From Candidatus Hydrogenedentota bacterium (GTDB lineage Bacteria; Hydrogenedentota; Hydrogenedentia; Hydrogenedentales; SLHB01), in contig BTWA01000006.1 of assembly GCA_045863295.1 (NCBI GenBank), positions 1 to 64,000 of the forward strand: a DNA stretch of 64,000 nucleotides, given 5' to 3'. The position numbers and the translations under genes were made by a program. The notes below the pieces were generated by a model, which saw only the letters and a program-made list of their open reading frames with translations, was not told where the DNA came from and searched no databases. The first letter of the stretch is position 1, and every line of letters begins with the position of its first letter. Below are positions 20,158-30,215 of this stretch, piece by piece.

Positions 20158-21492
20158 GTGAATATCTATATCGCTGGGGGTGGGCGAGTAGGCTTCCACA
20201 TTGCACGACTCTTGACCCAGGAGTCGCACGATGTAACAGTCATCGAAACCAACCTTAATCGCGTGGAACAAATTGATTACGCGCTCGACTGCAGGACCGT
20301 ACAGGGTTCAGCATCTTCTGCATTATTGTTGCAGGAATTGGGTGTATCCGACGCGGACCTGTTCGTATCCGTCACAGGTAACGATGAGACCAACCTAATC
20401 GCGTGCGCTACCGCCAAAAAGCTGGGCGCCCAGCAGGCGGTAGCCCGAGTAGACAACCCGAAATACATCGAATCCAACATCCTCTACGAGGAAATCCTCG
20501 GGATTGATTACATTCTGAGCCCGGATGCGTTAACGGCCAACGAGATTGCCCGTTACCTTGAGAGTCCCGGTATCGTATCCACCGAGGACTTCGGGCGCGG
20601 TCTAATTCGCATGCGTCAAATCAGGGTCAGCAAGTCCCCTACAACGCATGGCAAGACCCTTCGTGACATCGAGATGCCCGAAGGTGCGCTGGTTGGAGTA
20701 ATTGTGCGTGAGGGTAAGACGTTCATCGCGAGCGGAGATAGCACCGTGGAGCCTGGCGATGTGGCGGCATTTTTTGCCGAAAGAAGTAAAATGGCTGCCG
20801 TGGAGCAACTGTTCAAGGGCACCGAAACCCGTCCGAGCCGTATTGTCATAATGGGGGGGAGCCCGGTGGGACAGCATCTAGCCGCCCAGGTGGAGCACAA
20901 GATTCCGTCCGTCAAGATCTTCGATTGGGACCTAAACCACTGCAATCTCCTCGCGGCCGAATTGAAAAAGGCCAAGGTTGTTTGCCGCGACGCCACTAGC
21001 CGAACGGCCCTTGAGCAAGAGCACGTTGACAGGGCTGATGTGTTCGTCGCATGCACAAGTGACGACGAGCGCAATATTATGGCAAGTGTTTTGGCGAAAG
21101 AAGTGGGCGCGACAGAGAGTATATCCGTTGTACATCAGCCCGATTTCGCCTCACTCGTGCGAAAGCTCGGCGTTGATCATGCTGTCACGCCGCGCGCCAG
21201 TTTTGCCAACCGGATCCTCAGGCTTGTTCATCAAAAGAACTTGAGCACGCTTGCTGTCATTGGGGACGGCGAAGTGGAGATCATCGAACTGCAGGTAAGA
21301 AAAGACGCACCGGCCATCGGCGAATCGCTGCGCAACCTGCGGTTGCCGAAGGACACACTCATCGTGAGCATTGTGCGGGACGACAAGATTATCGTGCCCC
21401 GTGGAGACGACGTGCTCCAAGAGAACGATTCCATTATTGTGATTGCGTACACCCACGCCTTGGATTCGGTGGAAAAGCTTTTCCAGCGATGA
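20158..21492 (+). CDS. trkA: Trk K+ uptake regulatory subunit
   Basis: Two RCK_N (GGGRVG; GGSPVG) and two RCK_C domains; next to trkH. Confidence 0.92.
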   Translation: MNIYIAGGGRVGFHIARLLTQESHDVTVIETNLNRVEQIDYALDCRTVQGSASSALLLQELGVSDADLFVSVTGNDETNLIACATAKKLGAQQAVARVDNPKYIESNILYEEILGIDYILSPDALTANEIARYLESPGIVSTEDFGRGLIRMRQIRVSKSPTTHGKTLRDIEMPEGALVGVIVREGKTFIASGDSTVEPGDVAAFFAERSKMAAVEQLFKGTETRPSRIVIMGGSPVGQHLAAQVEHKIPSVKIFDWDLNHCNLLAAELKKAKVVCRDATSRTALEQEHVDRADVFVACTSDDERNIMASVLAKEVGATESISVVHQPDFASLVRKLGVDHAVTPRASFANRILRLVHQKNLSTLAVIGDGEVEIIELQVRKDAPAIGESLRNLRLPKDTLIVSIVRDDKIIVPRGDDVLQENDSIIVIAYTHALDSVEKLFQR

Positions 21493-23000
21493 ACTATCCC
21501 ATACTCGCGCGTTATCTAGGCTATTTCTTCATCGCGACCGGGATCAGCATGATCCCTTCGTTGGGATGGGCAGTGTACTTTGGCGAAGGCATCATCTTTG
21601 GAAACGGAAACGCTTTTGAGGCGTTTCTAGAGAGCATCCTTGCATCCATAATTTTGGGCCTTGTGCTCGTATTCATGGGTAGGAAGGCCCAGAACAAGTT
21701 TTTTCAGCGGGAAGCGCTGGGTCTGGTGGGTATCGGGTGGATCGTCGGAGCCGCGCTTGGAGCGTTGCCGTATGTGTTCTCCGGAACTTGCGGACCTGTC
21801 GATGCCTATTTTGAGAGTATGTCTGGTTATACGACCACGGGCGCCAGCATTTTCGCCACCGAAGATTATGCGCAGGTGCAGCGAAGCATTATGTTCTGGC
21901 GTTCATTTACCCATTGGCTGGGCGGCATGGGGATAATTGTGCTGTTTATCGCCGTGTTGCCCTACTTGGGTGGGGGTGTTAAGCAGTTATTCAAATCCGC
22001 ATCCCCTGGTCCCGATCCCCGGGTGCTCAATCCCAGAGTCAAAACGACCGCAATGCTGTTGTGGAAATTGTACCTTGGGTTGACTGTGCTCCAGACCGTA
22101 TTGCTGATGCTTGCTGGCCAGTCTTTCTTTGAAGTGCTGTGCCATACATTTGGCACACTGGCTACAGGCGGGTTCTCCACGCGACCTGCCAGCATTGGCG
22201 AGTTGAACAGCCTGCCGGTGGAATTGATTATCTTGTTGTTTATGGTTTTGGCAGGCACCAACTTTGGGCTTTATGTTCATCTCATTTCGGGCCGCTTGAG
22301 TTCCGTATGGAAAGATGCCGAATGGCGTGTCTATATCGCCATTATGATCGCAGCCACGGTGCTCATCGCTTGGAACCTTTCAGGAAATGCGAGTGCGCAG
22401 CCGGTCACTTCTTCGGAGTCCACGGCCGCTCCCACTTCGACCGGGGCTGCTTTGCGGCTGGCGTCGTTTCAAGTGGTCTCCGTCATGACCACCACGGGTT
22501 ATGTCACTGCCGACTTTGATACCTGGCCCGAATTCAGCCGTTACCTGTTGCTGTTGCTGATGTTTGTTGGCGGATGCGCAGGTTCAACCGGAGGCGGCAT
22601 CAAGGTTGTGCGGTGGATCATGCTCGCAAAAATGGCTTACTGGCGTGTCGAAGCCACCTTTCGCCCAAAGACGATCCGTGTGCTGCGAGTCGGTGGGGAG
22701 GTGGTCGATGAAAGTATCCAGAAGACAGTGTATGGCTTCTACGTGCTTTTCTCTCTCTGGTTTATAGTCGCCACGCTTGCCATGGCCGCCATGGGATTGC
22801 CGATCGTCAGTGCCATTTCCGCAGTGGCGGCCACACTCAACAACATTGGTCCGGGTCTGGAACTTGTGGGGCCCATGCAAAACTTTGCCGGTATTCCGGC
22901 AGCCGGAAAACTACTCCTGTCACTGTGCATGGTCCTGGGACGCCTTGAGCTCTTCACAATTTGCGTTATATTTATCCCGTCCTTTTGGAGGTCGCGCTGA
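21489..23000 (+). CDS. trkH: Trk K+ uptake membrane subunit
   Basis: '[11 protein letters not shown]', 'WLGGMG', '[12 protein letters not shown]', 'NNIGPG', 'GRLE'. Confidence 0.93.
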   Translation: MNYPILARYLGYFFIATGISMIPSLGWAVYFGEGIIFGNGNAFEAFLESILASIILGLVLVFMGRKAQNKFFQREALGLVGIGWIVGAALGALPYVFSGTCGPVDAYFESMSGYTTTGASIFATEDYAQVQRSIMFWRSFTHWLGGMGIIVLFIAVLPYLGGGVKQLFKSASPGPDPRVLNPRVKTTAMLLWKLYLGLTVLQTVLLMLAGQSFFEVLCHTFGTLATGGFSTRPASIGELNSLPVELIILLFMVLAGTNFGLYVHLISGRLSSVWKDAEWRVYIAIMIAATVLIAWNLSGNASAQPVTSSESTAAPTSTGAALRLASFQVVSVMTTTGYVTADFDTWPEFSRYLLLLLMFVGGCAGSTGGGIKVVRWIMLAKMAYWRVEATFRPKTIRVLRVGGEVVDESIQKTVYGFYVLFSLWFIVATLAMAAMGLPIVSAISAVAATLNNIGPGLELVGPMQNFAGIPAAGKLLLSLCMVLGRLELFTICVIFIPSFWRSR

Positions 23001-23021
23001 CTACGCGCAGACAACGAGACT

Positions 23022-24530
23022 ATGAACTACCGTATCCTATTTAAGTTTCTCGGGATCTTTCTCGCGGCGACCGGCGCCACAATGGTACCGTGCTGGATGT
23101 GGGCGATTTATTTTGGAGAATGGCGCGTCCTTTTGGATTTTATCGGTTCGACCGTGGTCAGTTTCTTGATGGGCCTCGTATTGTTTTTAGCCGGCCGGAA
23201 GGCGGACAACCGATTCTACCAACGGGAGGCCTTGGGGCTTGTCGCGCTGGGGTGGATTGTGGCGCCCGTGGTTGGAGCCCTGCCTTTCTGGTGGACCGGT
23301 GTACTGGGTCCTGTGGATGCCTATTTCGAAAGCGTTTCCGGGTATACCACAACCGGAGCGAGTGTATTCACGGCGGAGATCTTCGAATCTTGCCCGAAAA
23401 GCTTGATGTTCTGGCGCTCGTTTACCCATTGGCTGGGCGGAATCGGCATCATTCTGTTGTTCATTGCCGTGCTTCCGTACCTGGGGGCGGGCGGCAAACA
23501 GATGCTGCGTTCCGAGCAATCGAGTATTGACCCCCAAGCTCTGCGGCCTCGCGTTCGAGATACGGCGTTGTCCTTGCTGAAAGTATACCTTTCCCTGACC
23601 GTATTGCAGACCCTTGCGCTGATGGTAGCCGGAATGAGCTTTTTCGATGCGTTGTGCCATGCCTTTGGCGCGTTGGCCACCGGAGGCTACTCCACCAGGC
23701 CTGCCAGCGTCGCCGACTACCACAGTCCACTGATCGAATTTGTGCTTATCGTGTGCATGATCAGCGGAGCCACGGACTTTGCGCTGTATGCGGCCGCCAT
23801 CAAGGGCCGGTGGCAGGATTTTCGCCGGGATTCACAATGGCACGTTTATCTTGGCATACTCGCAGTGGCGACGCTGCTGGTCACGATGGATTTACTGGGC
23901 ACCGGGACCGCCATTGACCTGCCCTCAAAGCTGGACATTCACGAAGAAAGGGCCTACTACCAGGAACAGCCGCTGCAGGCCTTGCGCCACGCTGCGTTTG
24001 CCGTTGTGTCGATCGGCACTACTACAGGGTTTGGCACGGAAGATTTTGATCAGTGGCCTTATCTGAGCCGGACCATACTTGTTGTGCTGATGATTATGGG
24101 GGGATGTGCGGGATCAACGGCCGGTGGTCTGAAGATTCTTCGCGTCGTGATTCTGGCCAAGATGCTCTATTGGCGCCTCGAAAGTACTTTTCGGCCCAAG
24201 ACGGTCAGGGCTATTCGAATTCGCGGTGATATTATCGACCACCCCGCGCAGATGGCGGTTTACGGCTACTTTGCACTCTACACCACGTGGTTTGCGTTCT
24301 CGCTTCTTGTCCTGTCCGGTATTGGGTTGCCTTTCGATTCTGCGTTTAGCGCGGTTGCTGCCTGTCTGAACGGGGTTGGCCCGGGCCTTGAATTGGTGGG
24401 GCCGGCCATGAATTACGCGTTTCTTCCCGCAATAGGAAAGCTGTTTTTGTGCTTGTGCATGATCATGGGACGTCTGGAACTTATCACCGTCATGGTGTTG
24501 GCCATGCCGTCATTTTGGCGGCCTCGTTAA
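23022..24530 (+). CDS. trkH: Trk K+ uptake membrane subunit, tandem paralog
   Basis: Same motifs: 'FESVSGYTTTG', 'GGCAGSTAGGLK', 'GRLE'. Confidence 0.92.
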   Translation: MNYRILFKFLGIFLAATGATMVPCWMWAIYFGEWRVLLDFIGSTVVSFLMGLVLFLAGRKADNRFYQREALGLVALGWIVAPVVGALPFWWTGVLGPVDAYFESVSGYTTTGASVFTAEIFESCPKSLMFWRSFTHWLGGIGIILLFIAVLPYLGAGGKQMLRSEQSSIDPQALRPRVRDTALSLLKVYLSLTVLQTLALMVAGMSFFDALCHAFGALATGGYSTRPASVADYHSPLIEFVLIVCMISGATDFALYAAAIKGRWQDFRRDSQWHVYLGILAVATLLVTMDLLGTGTAIDLPSKLDIHEERAYYQEQPLQALRHAAFAVVSIGTTTGFGTEDFDQWPYLSRTILVVLMIMGGCAGSTAGGLKILRVVILAKMLYWRLESTFRPKTVRAIRIRGDIIDHPAQMAVYGYFALYTTWFAFSLLVLSGIGLPFDSAFSAVAACLNGVGPGLELVGPAMNYAFLPAIGKLFLCLCMIMGRLELITVMVLAMPSFWRPR

Positions 24531-24628
24531 ATTCGTCGTCCCTGTCAATATCCGTGACTTCGGGCGAGGCCGGATCTGAATCTCTCTGGGGACAAGTCAG
24601 GTTTCACAAAAGGACGATGCACGTTCAA

Positions 24629-24657
24629 TTGACACCCTGCTTGTCCTTTGTTATCAT
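24629..24657 (+). promoter_or_regulatory. sigma70-type promoter of the ABC operon
   Basis: TTGACA-N17-TATCAT with TGn extension. Confidence 0.65.
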
Positions 24658-24762
24658 CCGCCCGGAGTTGTCAGTTGTGGCGCAGGATTAGCATTTGGCG
24701 GAGTACCCCAGGCAGACCAATGCGGCGTTGTGGGGCTCTTTTTCTTCGAGGTATTCTCACGC

Positions 24763-25710
24763 GTGTCCACGGTAATAGAAACCCGAAAACTGAGCAAGAT
24801 CTACGAAGGCGCCCGAAAAGGCCAAGATGTCCACGCACTGAAATCGCTGGACCTAGACGTAATGAAGGGGGAGATATTCGGCTACCTAGGGCCGAATGGG
24901 TCGGGCAAGACCACCACGATTAAAATGTTGCTCAATCTCATCTTCCCTACGTCGGGTACGATCAAGATTATGGGCAGCGACGACATTACTTCCCCCTCCG
25001 TGCGCAAGCATATTGGATACCTTCCCGAGGGCGCCTACTATCCAGATTTCCTCAAGGGTGAAGAAATTCTGCGATTTTATGGGCAATTGTACGGACTGGG
25101 GGGCAAGGACCTCGAAAAGCGCATAGACTCCACAATTGAATTGGTGGGGATGTCAAAAGCCCGCAAACGGCTCTTGCGAGGGTATTCTAAGGGTATGCGT
25201 CAGCGTATTGGATTGGCTCAGGCCCTTCTGAACGACCCACAGATCCTAATCCTCGATGAACCCACGACCGGCTTGGATCCGGTGGCCCGCAAAGAAATCC
25301 GCGATCTGCTTGTGCACCTCCGAAATCAAGGAAAAACGTTGTTGATTTCGAGCCACGAGTTGTTGGAGGTGGAACTGATCAGCAATCGAGTCGGTATCTT
25401 GTACGAAGGCGTTCTTCAGACGATGGGTACCATCACGGAACTCTTGACCGAACGTGATTTGGCCATTGACGTTGATCGCTTCAGCGATGAGAAACTGGAT
25501 CGCTTTGTCCAGCGTGGGATCGTGGCGGAAGATCGCATTGACGATAAAGCCAAACTGCGTGTTCCGACCAGTATGGCGGTGCACGAAGCTGTCGAGTTGT
25601 GCAGAGCGGCGGATGTCACCGTGGTCGGCATTGCGCCAAGAAGAGAGACGTTGGAAGAGTTGTTTGTACGGACCGTCGGCGCGGCGCGACAAGGCAAGGA
25701 AAGCAAGTAA
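24763..25710 (+). CDS. ABC transporter ATP-binding protein
   Basis: GPNGSGKT, YSKGM signature, ILDEP, SSH. Confidence 0.93.
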   Translation: MSTVIETRKLSKIYEGARKGQDVHALKSLDLDVMKGEIFGYLGPNGSGKTTTIKMLLNLIFPTSGTIKIMGSDDITSPSVRKHIGYLPEGAYYPDFLKGEEILRFYGQLYGLGGKDLEKRIDSTIELVGMSKARKRLLRGYSKGMRQRIGLAQALLNDPQILILDEPTTGLDPVARKEIRDLLVHLRNQGKTLLISSHELLEVELISNRVGILYEGVLQTMGTITELLTERDLAIDVDRFSDEKLDRFVQRGIVAEDRIDDKAKLRVPTSMAVHEAVELCRAADVTVVGIAPRRETLEELFVRTVGAARQGKESK

Positions 25711-26553
25711 ATGAGTGCGGCAACCGGTTTTCTGCGCAGTTCATGGAGTATCGCGGTCTACACATGGCGCGAAGGCATGCGGAAGAAAGTCCTCATCGGA
25801 TTTATTATTCTCGGCATCCTCGTCATTTTTGGGTCACAGTTCATCACGCGTTTCCTGACCGAAACATCGGTTGGCGAAACCAGTTCGGACGTGGACGCAA
25901 AGCTGATTAAAGACATTTGCGTAACCACTATCTCTATCTTCGGCATGCTGATTACCATCTTTATATCGGCGTCTGTAGTGCCGTCGGAGGTGGAAAACAA
26001 GGTTGTGTATACGGTGCTGTCCAAGCCGATACGCCGTTTTCAGTATCTGTTCGGAAAGTTCGTCGGTGTCCAGTTGATCATCATTATCAATCTCGCGCTG
26101 ATGGGCGGCCTGTTCTTTTTTGCGTTGTATTTTCAGCAGCGCGTTCTGCCAACGCTGCTGCTTTGGTCGATTTTTCTTACCTACTTCCAGTTTCTTATCG
26201 TTTCAGCATACACATTTGCCATCTCATGCACGGCATCGTCATCCGTATTACCCACCATCGGTGGATTGTTCATCTATCTCACAGGCAACCTGACCGAATA
26301 CCTGAAGAATGTGGCCGATCGCTCGGGACAGACGTCCACGTTTATCGACAGCATGATTGGGTATGTGGCAGACGGACTGTGGTATGTGTTGCCGAACCTG
26401 ACATACTTCAGCCTCAAAGATCAGATCTTGTACTTGGAACCGAACGACCCTCCCAGAGATGCTCAGATTCCGACCTTGGTCACCTACGGTGTGTTGTATG
26501 CGCTATCGGGCTTCATCCTCTCGTATTGGGTATTTCGGCGACGGGAACTGTAG
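25711..26553 (+). CDS. ABC-2-type permease
   Basis: About 6 TM segments, 'EVENK.VYTVLSKPIRR..Y.FGKF', C-terminal FRRREL. Confidence 0.88.
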   Translation: MSAATGFLRSSWSIAVYTWREGMRKKVLIGFIILGILVIFGSQFITRFLTETSVGETSSDVDAKLIKDICVTTISIFGMLITIFISASVVPSEVENKVVYTVLSKPIRRFQYLFGKFVGVQLIIIINLALMGGLFFFALYFQQRVLPTLLLWSIFLTYFQFLIVSAYTFAISCTASSSVLPTIGGLFIYLTGNLTEYLKNVADRSGQTSTFIDSMIGYVADGLWYVLPNLTYFSLKDQILYLEPNDPPRDAQIPTLVTYGVLYALSGFILSYWVFRRREL

Positions 26554-26556
26554 GCC

Positions 26557-28374
26557 GTGAAGAAATCGATCAATCTTATTTTGGCCTTGGCGTTCGGCAT
26601 TGTGTTGCTGGCCGGCGCCGCAGTGGGCCAACGGGCAAATCACCTTCGAGAAGCAGAACGGTTCTACCGTTGGGTTGTGTCCGTTTCCACACAGGTTCGT
26701 ATCTTTGGTGCCGACCTCATTCCGGATACGGCAGGCGAACAGCAGTACCAGGACGAAGAACTGTTCGCACTTCTGGTTGAGAAATCGGACCCATTGCTGG
26801 ACGATTTGCCGCCATCCGATGCTGATTACGACCAGTCAGGGGTTTTGCTACCAAAAGTGGTGCGTTATGTAGCGCCACCGAAGCCGGAGGACGTCGAAGA
26901 AGACAAGGACATCGGCGCCATTATAACGGAAGATCAAATCATCCGTGAGGACCGATTGTGGCGCATGGCCGGCAGCCCGGAAATGGCTGAACTTCGTGAG
27001 GCTTACCTGGAAGCGGCGAGCGGCAAGAAGTTGTATTCCATGGGCACCTCGTTCGGCAAGAGCGACTTGTATAGCGAGGAAACCGGGGTCATTAGTATTG
27101 CCAACATGTTTTTTGGATTCCGGAAGATGGCGGCCAATCTGCTGTGGCTGGAAGTGGACACCTTTTGGCACAAAGGCATGATTCACCGCATGGTCCCGCT
27201 TATGAATACGACCGTGATGTTGGATCCCACGTTTATTGACGCCTATCTGTTGGGTGCATGGCATCTTGCGTACAACCAGAGCGCCCGACTGGACGACACT
27301 CCGTGGGAGTTGCGGGGCTACCTCAAGGAATATCAGGCGTGGGCTGGCCCCAAGGAAGAGCTGTACTATAGTGGGATTACCTTTCTCAAGGATGGCATTC
27401 GCAAGAACCCTCGCAATTACCGCCTGTATTTTGACGTTGGCTTTGCGATTTATGAAGAAAAGCTGCACGACTATATCAACGCGGAACGGTACATGGCCGA
27501 AGCCATACGTCTCGATCACGATCGCTGGGTGCGTCGATCCCTATATCGCGTTCAAGGTGTGAACGGAAAGTTTGAAGAATCCAGGGCCGGTTGGGAGGAA
27601 TACCTCAAGCGCTATCCCGATAACCCGGTCGCGCCCAATTTTATCGATCGAATGGACGGAATGATCAAAGAACGTACGGCCAACTATCTCGAGGCGCAGG
27701 CAAAGTGCGCGGCAGCCTTGGCAGAAAAGGCGGCTGCGTCTGGCAACGCGGCGGAAGCGGCCGAGTGGACACAGCGATCGGCGGACTTGCAGGCCGAGTG
27801 CGGGCGAGTATTGGACGAAACTTTCGCCCACTGGGATCGAATGTACAAGGAATCCGAGCGTCAGGCGGACACGTTTGCGCTTGGACGTGCAATTCGTATC
27901 AAGGCAAAAAGGCTTATCGAGAAAGAATTCTATTTCGAGGCTATCGCTGAATTGGATCGAGCTCGTTTTGCGAGCAACGACTTCTTTTGGGAAGGCACTG
28001 ACATGATGATGGATATCAAGCAGAAGGCGGGTATCCCCATGGAATTGACCGAACTGAAGAAGTTGCGATCTGACGAAGCCGAGGATCAGTATACCGTGTA
28101 TCTTCCCAAGGCACTTGAGAAGCAGTTTTACCAGTTCAAGACCGACCGTTGGGTGCCGGAGTCCTACCGGGGCCAGGACTTCACAGAACTGAAGGACGGT
28201 TCGATTGAGCTTCTGAAGATTTTGTTCGACAACCCGGGGGCGGCTTTGGTGTTGGACGAGTTGCCCGGAAAGGTGATCTTCCAAGCGGGCGACGCGTGGT
28301 ATTTGCGCACCGGATCCGGAATTCCGGAAGTGCCCCAACATATTTTGGACGAAATGGGGATTCAGCCAAGCTGA
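26557..28374 (+). CDS. TPR-like protein associated with the ABC transporter
   Basis: N-terminal TM, 'LDPTFIDAY..GAWHLAYN', 'DGIRKNP' helical repeats. Confidence 0.6.
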   Translation: MKKSINLILALAFGIVLLAGAAVGQRANHLREAERFYRWVVSVSTQVRIFGADLIPDTAGEQQYQDEELFALLVEKSDPLLDDLPPSDADYDQSGVLLPKVVRYVAPPKPEDVEEDKDIGAIITEDQIIREDRLWRMAGSPEMAELREAYLEAASGKKLYSMGTSFGKSDLYSEETGVISIANMFFGFRKMAANLLWLEVDTFWHKGMIHRMVPLMNTTVMLDPTFIDAYLLGAWHLAYNQSARLDDTPWELRGYLKEYQAWAGPKEELYYSGITFLKDGIRKNPRNYRLYFDVGFAIYEEKLHDYINAERYMAEAIRLDHDRWVRRSLYRVQGVNGKFEESRAGWEEYLKRYPDNPVAPNFIDRMDGMIKERTANYLEAQAKCAAALAEKAAASGNAAEAAEWTQRSADLQAECGRVLDETFAHWDRMYKESERQADTFALGRAIRIKAKRLIEKEFYFEAIAELDRARFASNDFFWEGTDMMMDIKQKAGIPMELTELKKLRSDEAEDQYTVYLPKALEKQFYQFKTDRWVPESYRGQDFTELKDGSIELLKILFDNPGAALVLDELPGKVIFQAGDAWYLRTGSGIPEVPQHILDEMGIQPS

Positions 28375-28469
28375 ACTGCCTGCGCTCGATCTTGCCCGGT
28401 GGTCACGGCTTGTTACACGGCCGCTTACCTGTACCTTCATTGTGATGGCCTCGCTGCGGTTCTCCAGGA

Positions 28470-29198
28470 GTGGCCTTGGTCTCGGGTATAAATTCGCGCG
28501 AAGGACGATATGGAACCCAGGGATTGTCAATCGAACGCGAAATTCTGAATCGCCAGCTGAACCAGATTCTGGAATCCATCGAGAATGCCCGAGTTCGCTC
28601 GGCTAATCGAAATAAGGTCACTTTGGTGGCCGTCACCAAGGGCGAACAAGCCCCCCGAATTCAAACCTTGTACGATTTGGGGGTACGCCATTTCGGCGAA
28701 AACAGAGTTCACGTGGCAGAACCCAAAATTGCATCGCTTTCGCTGCGGGAGTCGGTTTGGCATATGATTGGGAATGTCCAGCGGCGCAAAGCGCGGGACG
28801 TGGTGGCGTTGTTTGACCGTATCGATGCCGTTGATCGGCTGGAATTGGCTGTTGCATTGTCAGAGAGGTGCGAGGCCGCTGGCGAGCGAATTCCGTGCCT
28901 GTTGGAGGTTAATGTCTCGGGAGAGACATCCAAGCATGGATTCCCGCCGGAGGACCTTGAAAGGGCCATTGACAGCATACAATCGCTGCCGGGTATTGTT
29001 GTGGAGGGTGTGATGACCATGGCGCCTTACAGTGAAGACCCGGAAAGGGCGCGACCTCATTTTGCCCGCCTCCGATGCATCGCCGACAAGCTTGGATTGA
29101 CTCGAGTTTCGATGGGTATGTCCAACGATTTTGTAGTGGCAGTAGAAGAAGGATCGACCGAAGTGCGCATTGGAAGCGCACTATTCAAAGGACTGTGA
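28470..29198 (+). CDS. yggS: PLP homeostasis protein
   Basis: 'LVAVTK', 'FGENRV', 'WHMIG.VQ', 'SMGMSND', 'VRIGSALF'; start uncertain. Confidence 0.9.
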   Translation: MALVSGINSREGRYGTQGLSIEREILNRQLNQILESIENARVRSANRNKVTLVAVTKGEQAPRIQTLYDLGVRHFGENRVHVAEPKIASLSLRESVWHMIGNVQRRKARDVVALFDRIDAVDRLELAVALSERCEAAGERIPCLLEVNVSGETSKHGFPPEDLERAIDSIQSLPGIVVEGVMTMAPYSEDPERARPHFARLRCIADKLGLTRVSMGMSNDFVVAVEEGSTEVRIGSALFKGL

Positions 29199-29208
29199 AG
29201 CGATCAGC

Positions 29209-30213
29209 ATGCTCGAACAACTCAATAAATTGGAAACGGAAGCGGGCGAAGCCGCCGCACAGGCCGAATCGCTGGCAGAACTGGATGCCGTGAGGGTCCG
29301 CTACCTTGGGCGAAAAGGCCTACTTACGGACGTGCTTCGATCAGTCAGTCAGTTGCCCGCCGAAGAACGGCCCGCGGCAGGTCAGGCTGCAAACGTCGTC
29401 AAGAATCGAATTCAGGACATCCTGGAATCGAGAAACTCCGTACTAGCGGAACACGAAAACGCCAAACGGGCCAGGCAAAACCGAATCGACCTGTCTCTAC
29501 CTGGCCGCGTGCCCTATGCTGGTCATCTGCACGTCATTACCCAGGTAACCCAAGAGATTGTAAGCATCTTTCGGGAATTGGGCTTTCAACTGGGCGCCGG
29601 ACCGGAAGTTGAAACGGAGTATTACAATTTCGACAGCCTGAATACACCAGCCGATCACCCCGCTCGCGATCTGCACGACACGTTTTTCGTAAAGCCTGGA
29701 GTCGTGTTGCGCACACACACATCGCCTGTGCAGATGCGAATCATGGAGAAGAACCAGCCGCCCGTCGCTGTCGTTGTACCCGGCCGAGTCTATCGTGTTG
29801 ATGCCGACGCGACACATAGCCCCATGTTCTTTCAGATTGAAGGGTTGCTGGTAGACGAGGGGGTCACGTTTGCCGATTTGAAGGGGGTTATTATGCGATT
29901 CATCCATCGCTTTTTCGGTCCCAATACAACAATTCGATTCCGGCCCCATTTCTTTCCATTCACAGAACCCTCGGCGGAAGTGGATATCCTGTGGACGTCG
30001 GAACGAAATGGACAACGGCAGGAAAAGTGGTTGGAGATCATGGGCTGCGGCATGGTACATCCGGCCGTCTTTGAACATGCCGGCTATGACTACGAACGTT
30101 ATACCGGATTTGCCTTTGGGATGGGCCTTGACCGCATAGCCATGGTACGGCATCAGATACCGGCCATCACGTATCTCTATGAGAATGACCTGCGTTTCCT
30201 GGAGCAGTTTTAG
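29209..30213 (+). CDS. pheS: phenylalanyl-tRNA synthetase alpha subunit
   Basis: 'HPAR..HDTF', 'LRTHTSPVQ', 'FPFTEPS', 'GFAFGMG.DR'. Confidence 0.97.
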   Translation: MLEQLNKLETEAGEAAAQAESLAELDAVRVRYLGRKGLLTDVLRSVSQLPAEERPAAGQAANVVKNRIQDILESRNSVLAEHENAKRARQNRIDLSLPGRVPYAGHLHVITQVTQEIVSIFRELGFQLGAGPEVETEYYNFDSLNTPADHPARDLHDTFFVKPGVVLRTHTSPVQMRIMEKNQPPVAVVVPGRVYRVDADATHSPMFFQIEGLLVDEGVTFADLKGVIMRFIHRFFGPNTTIRFRPHFFPFTEPSAEVDILWTSERNGQRQEKWLEIMGCGMVHPAVFEHAGYDYERYTGFAFGMGLDRIAMVRHQIPAITYLYENDLRFLEQF

Positions 30214-30215
30214 CT

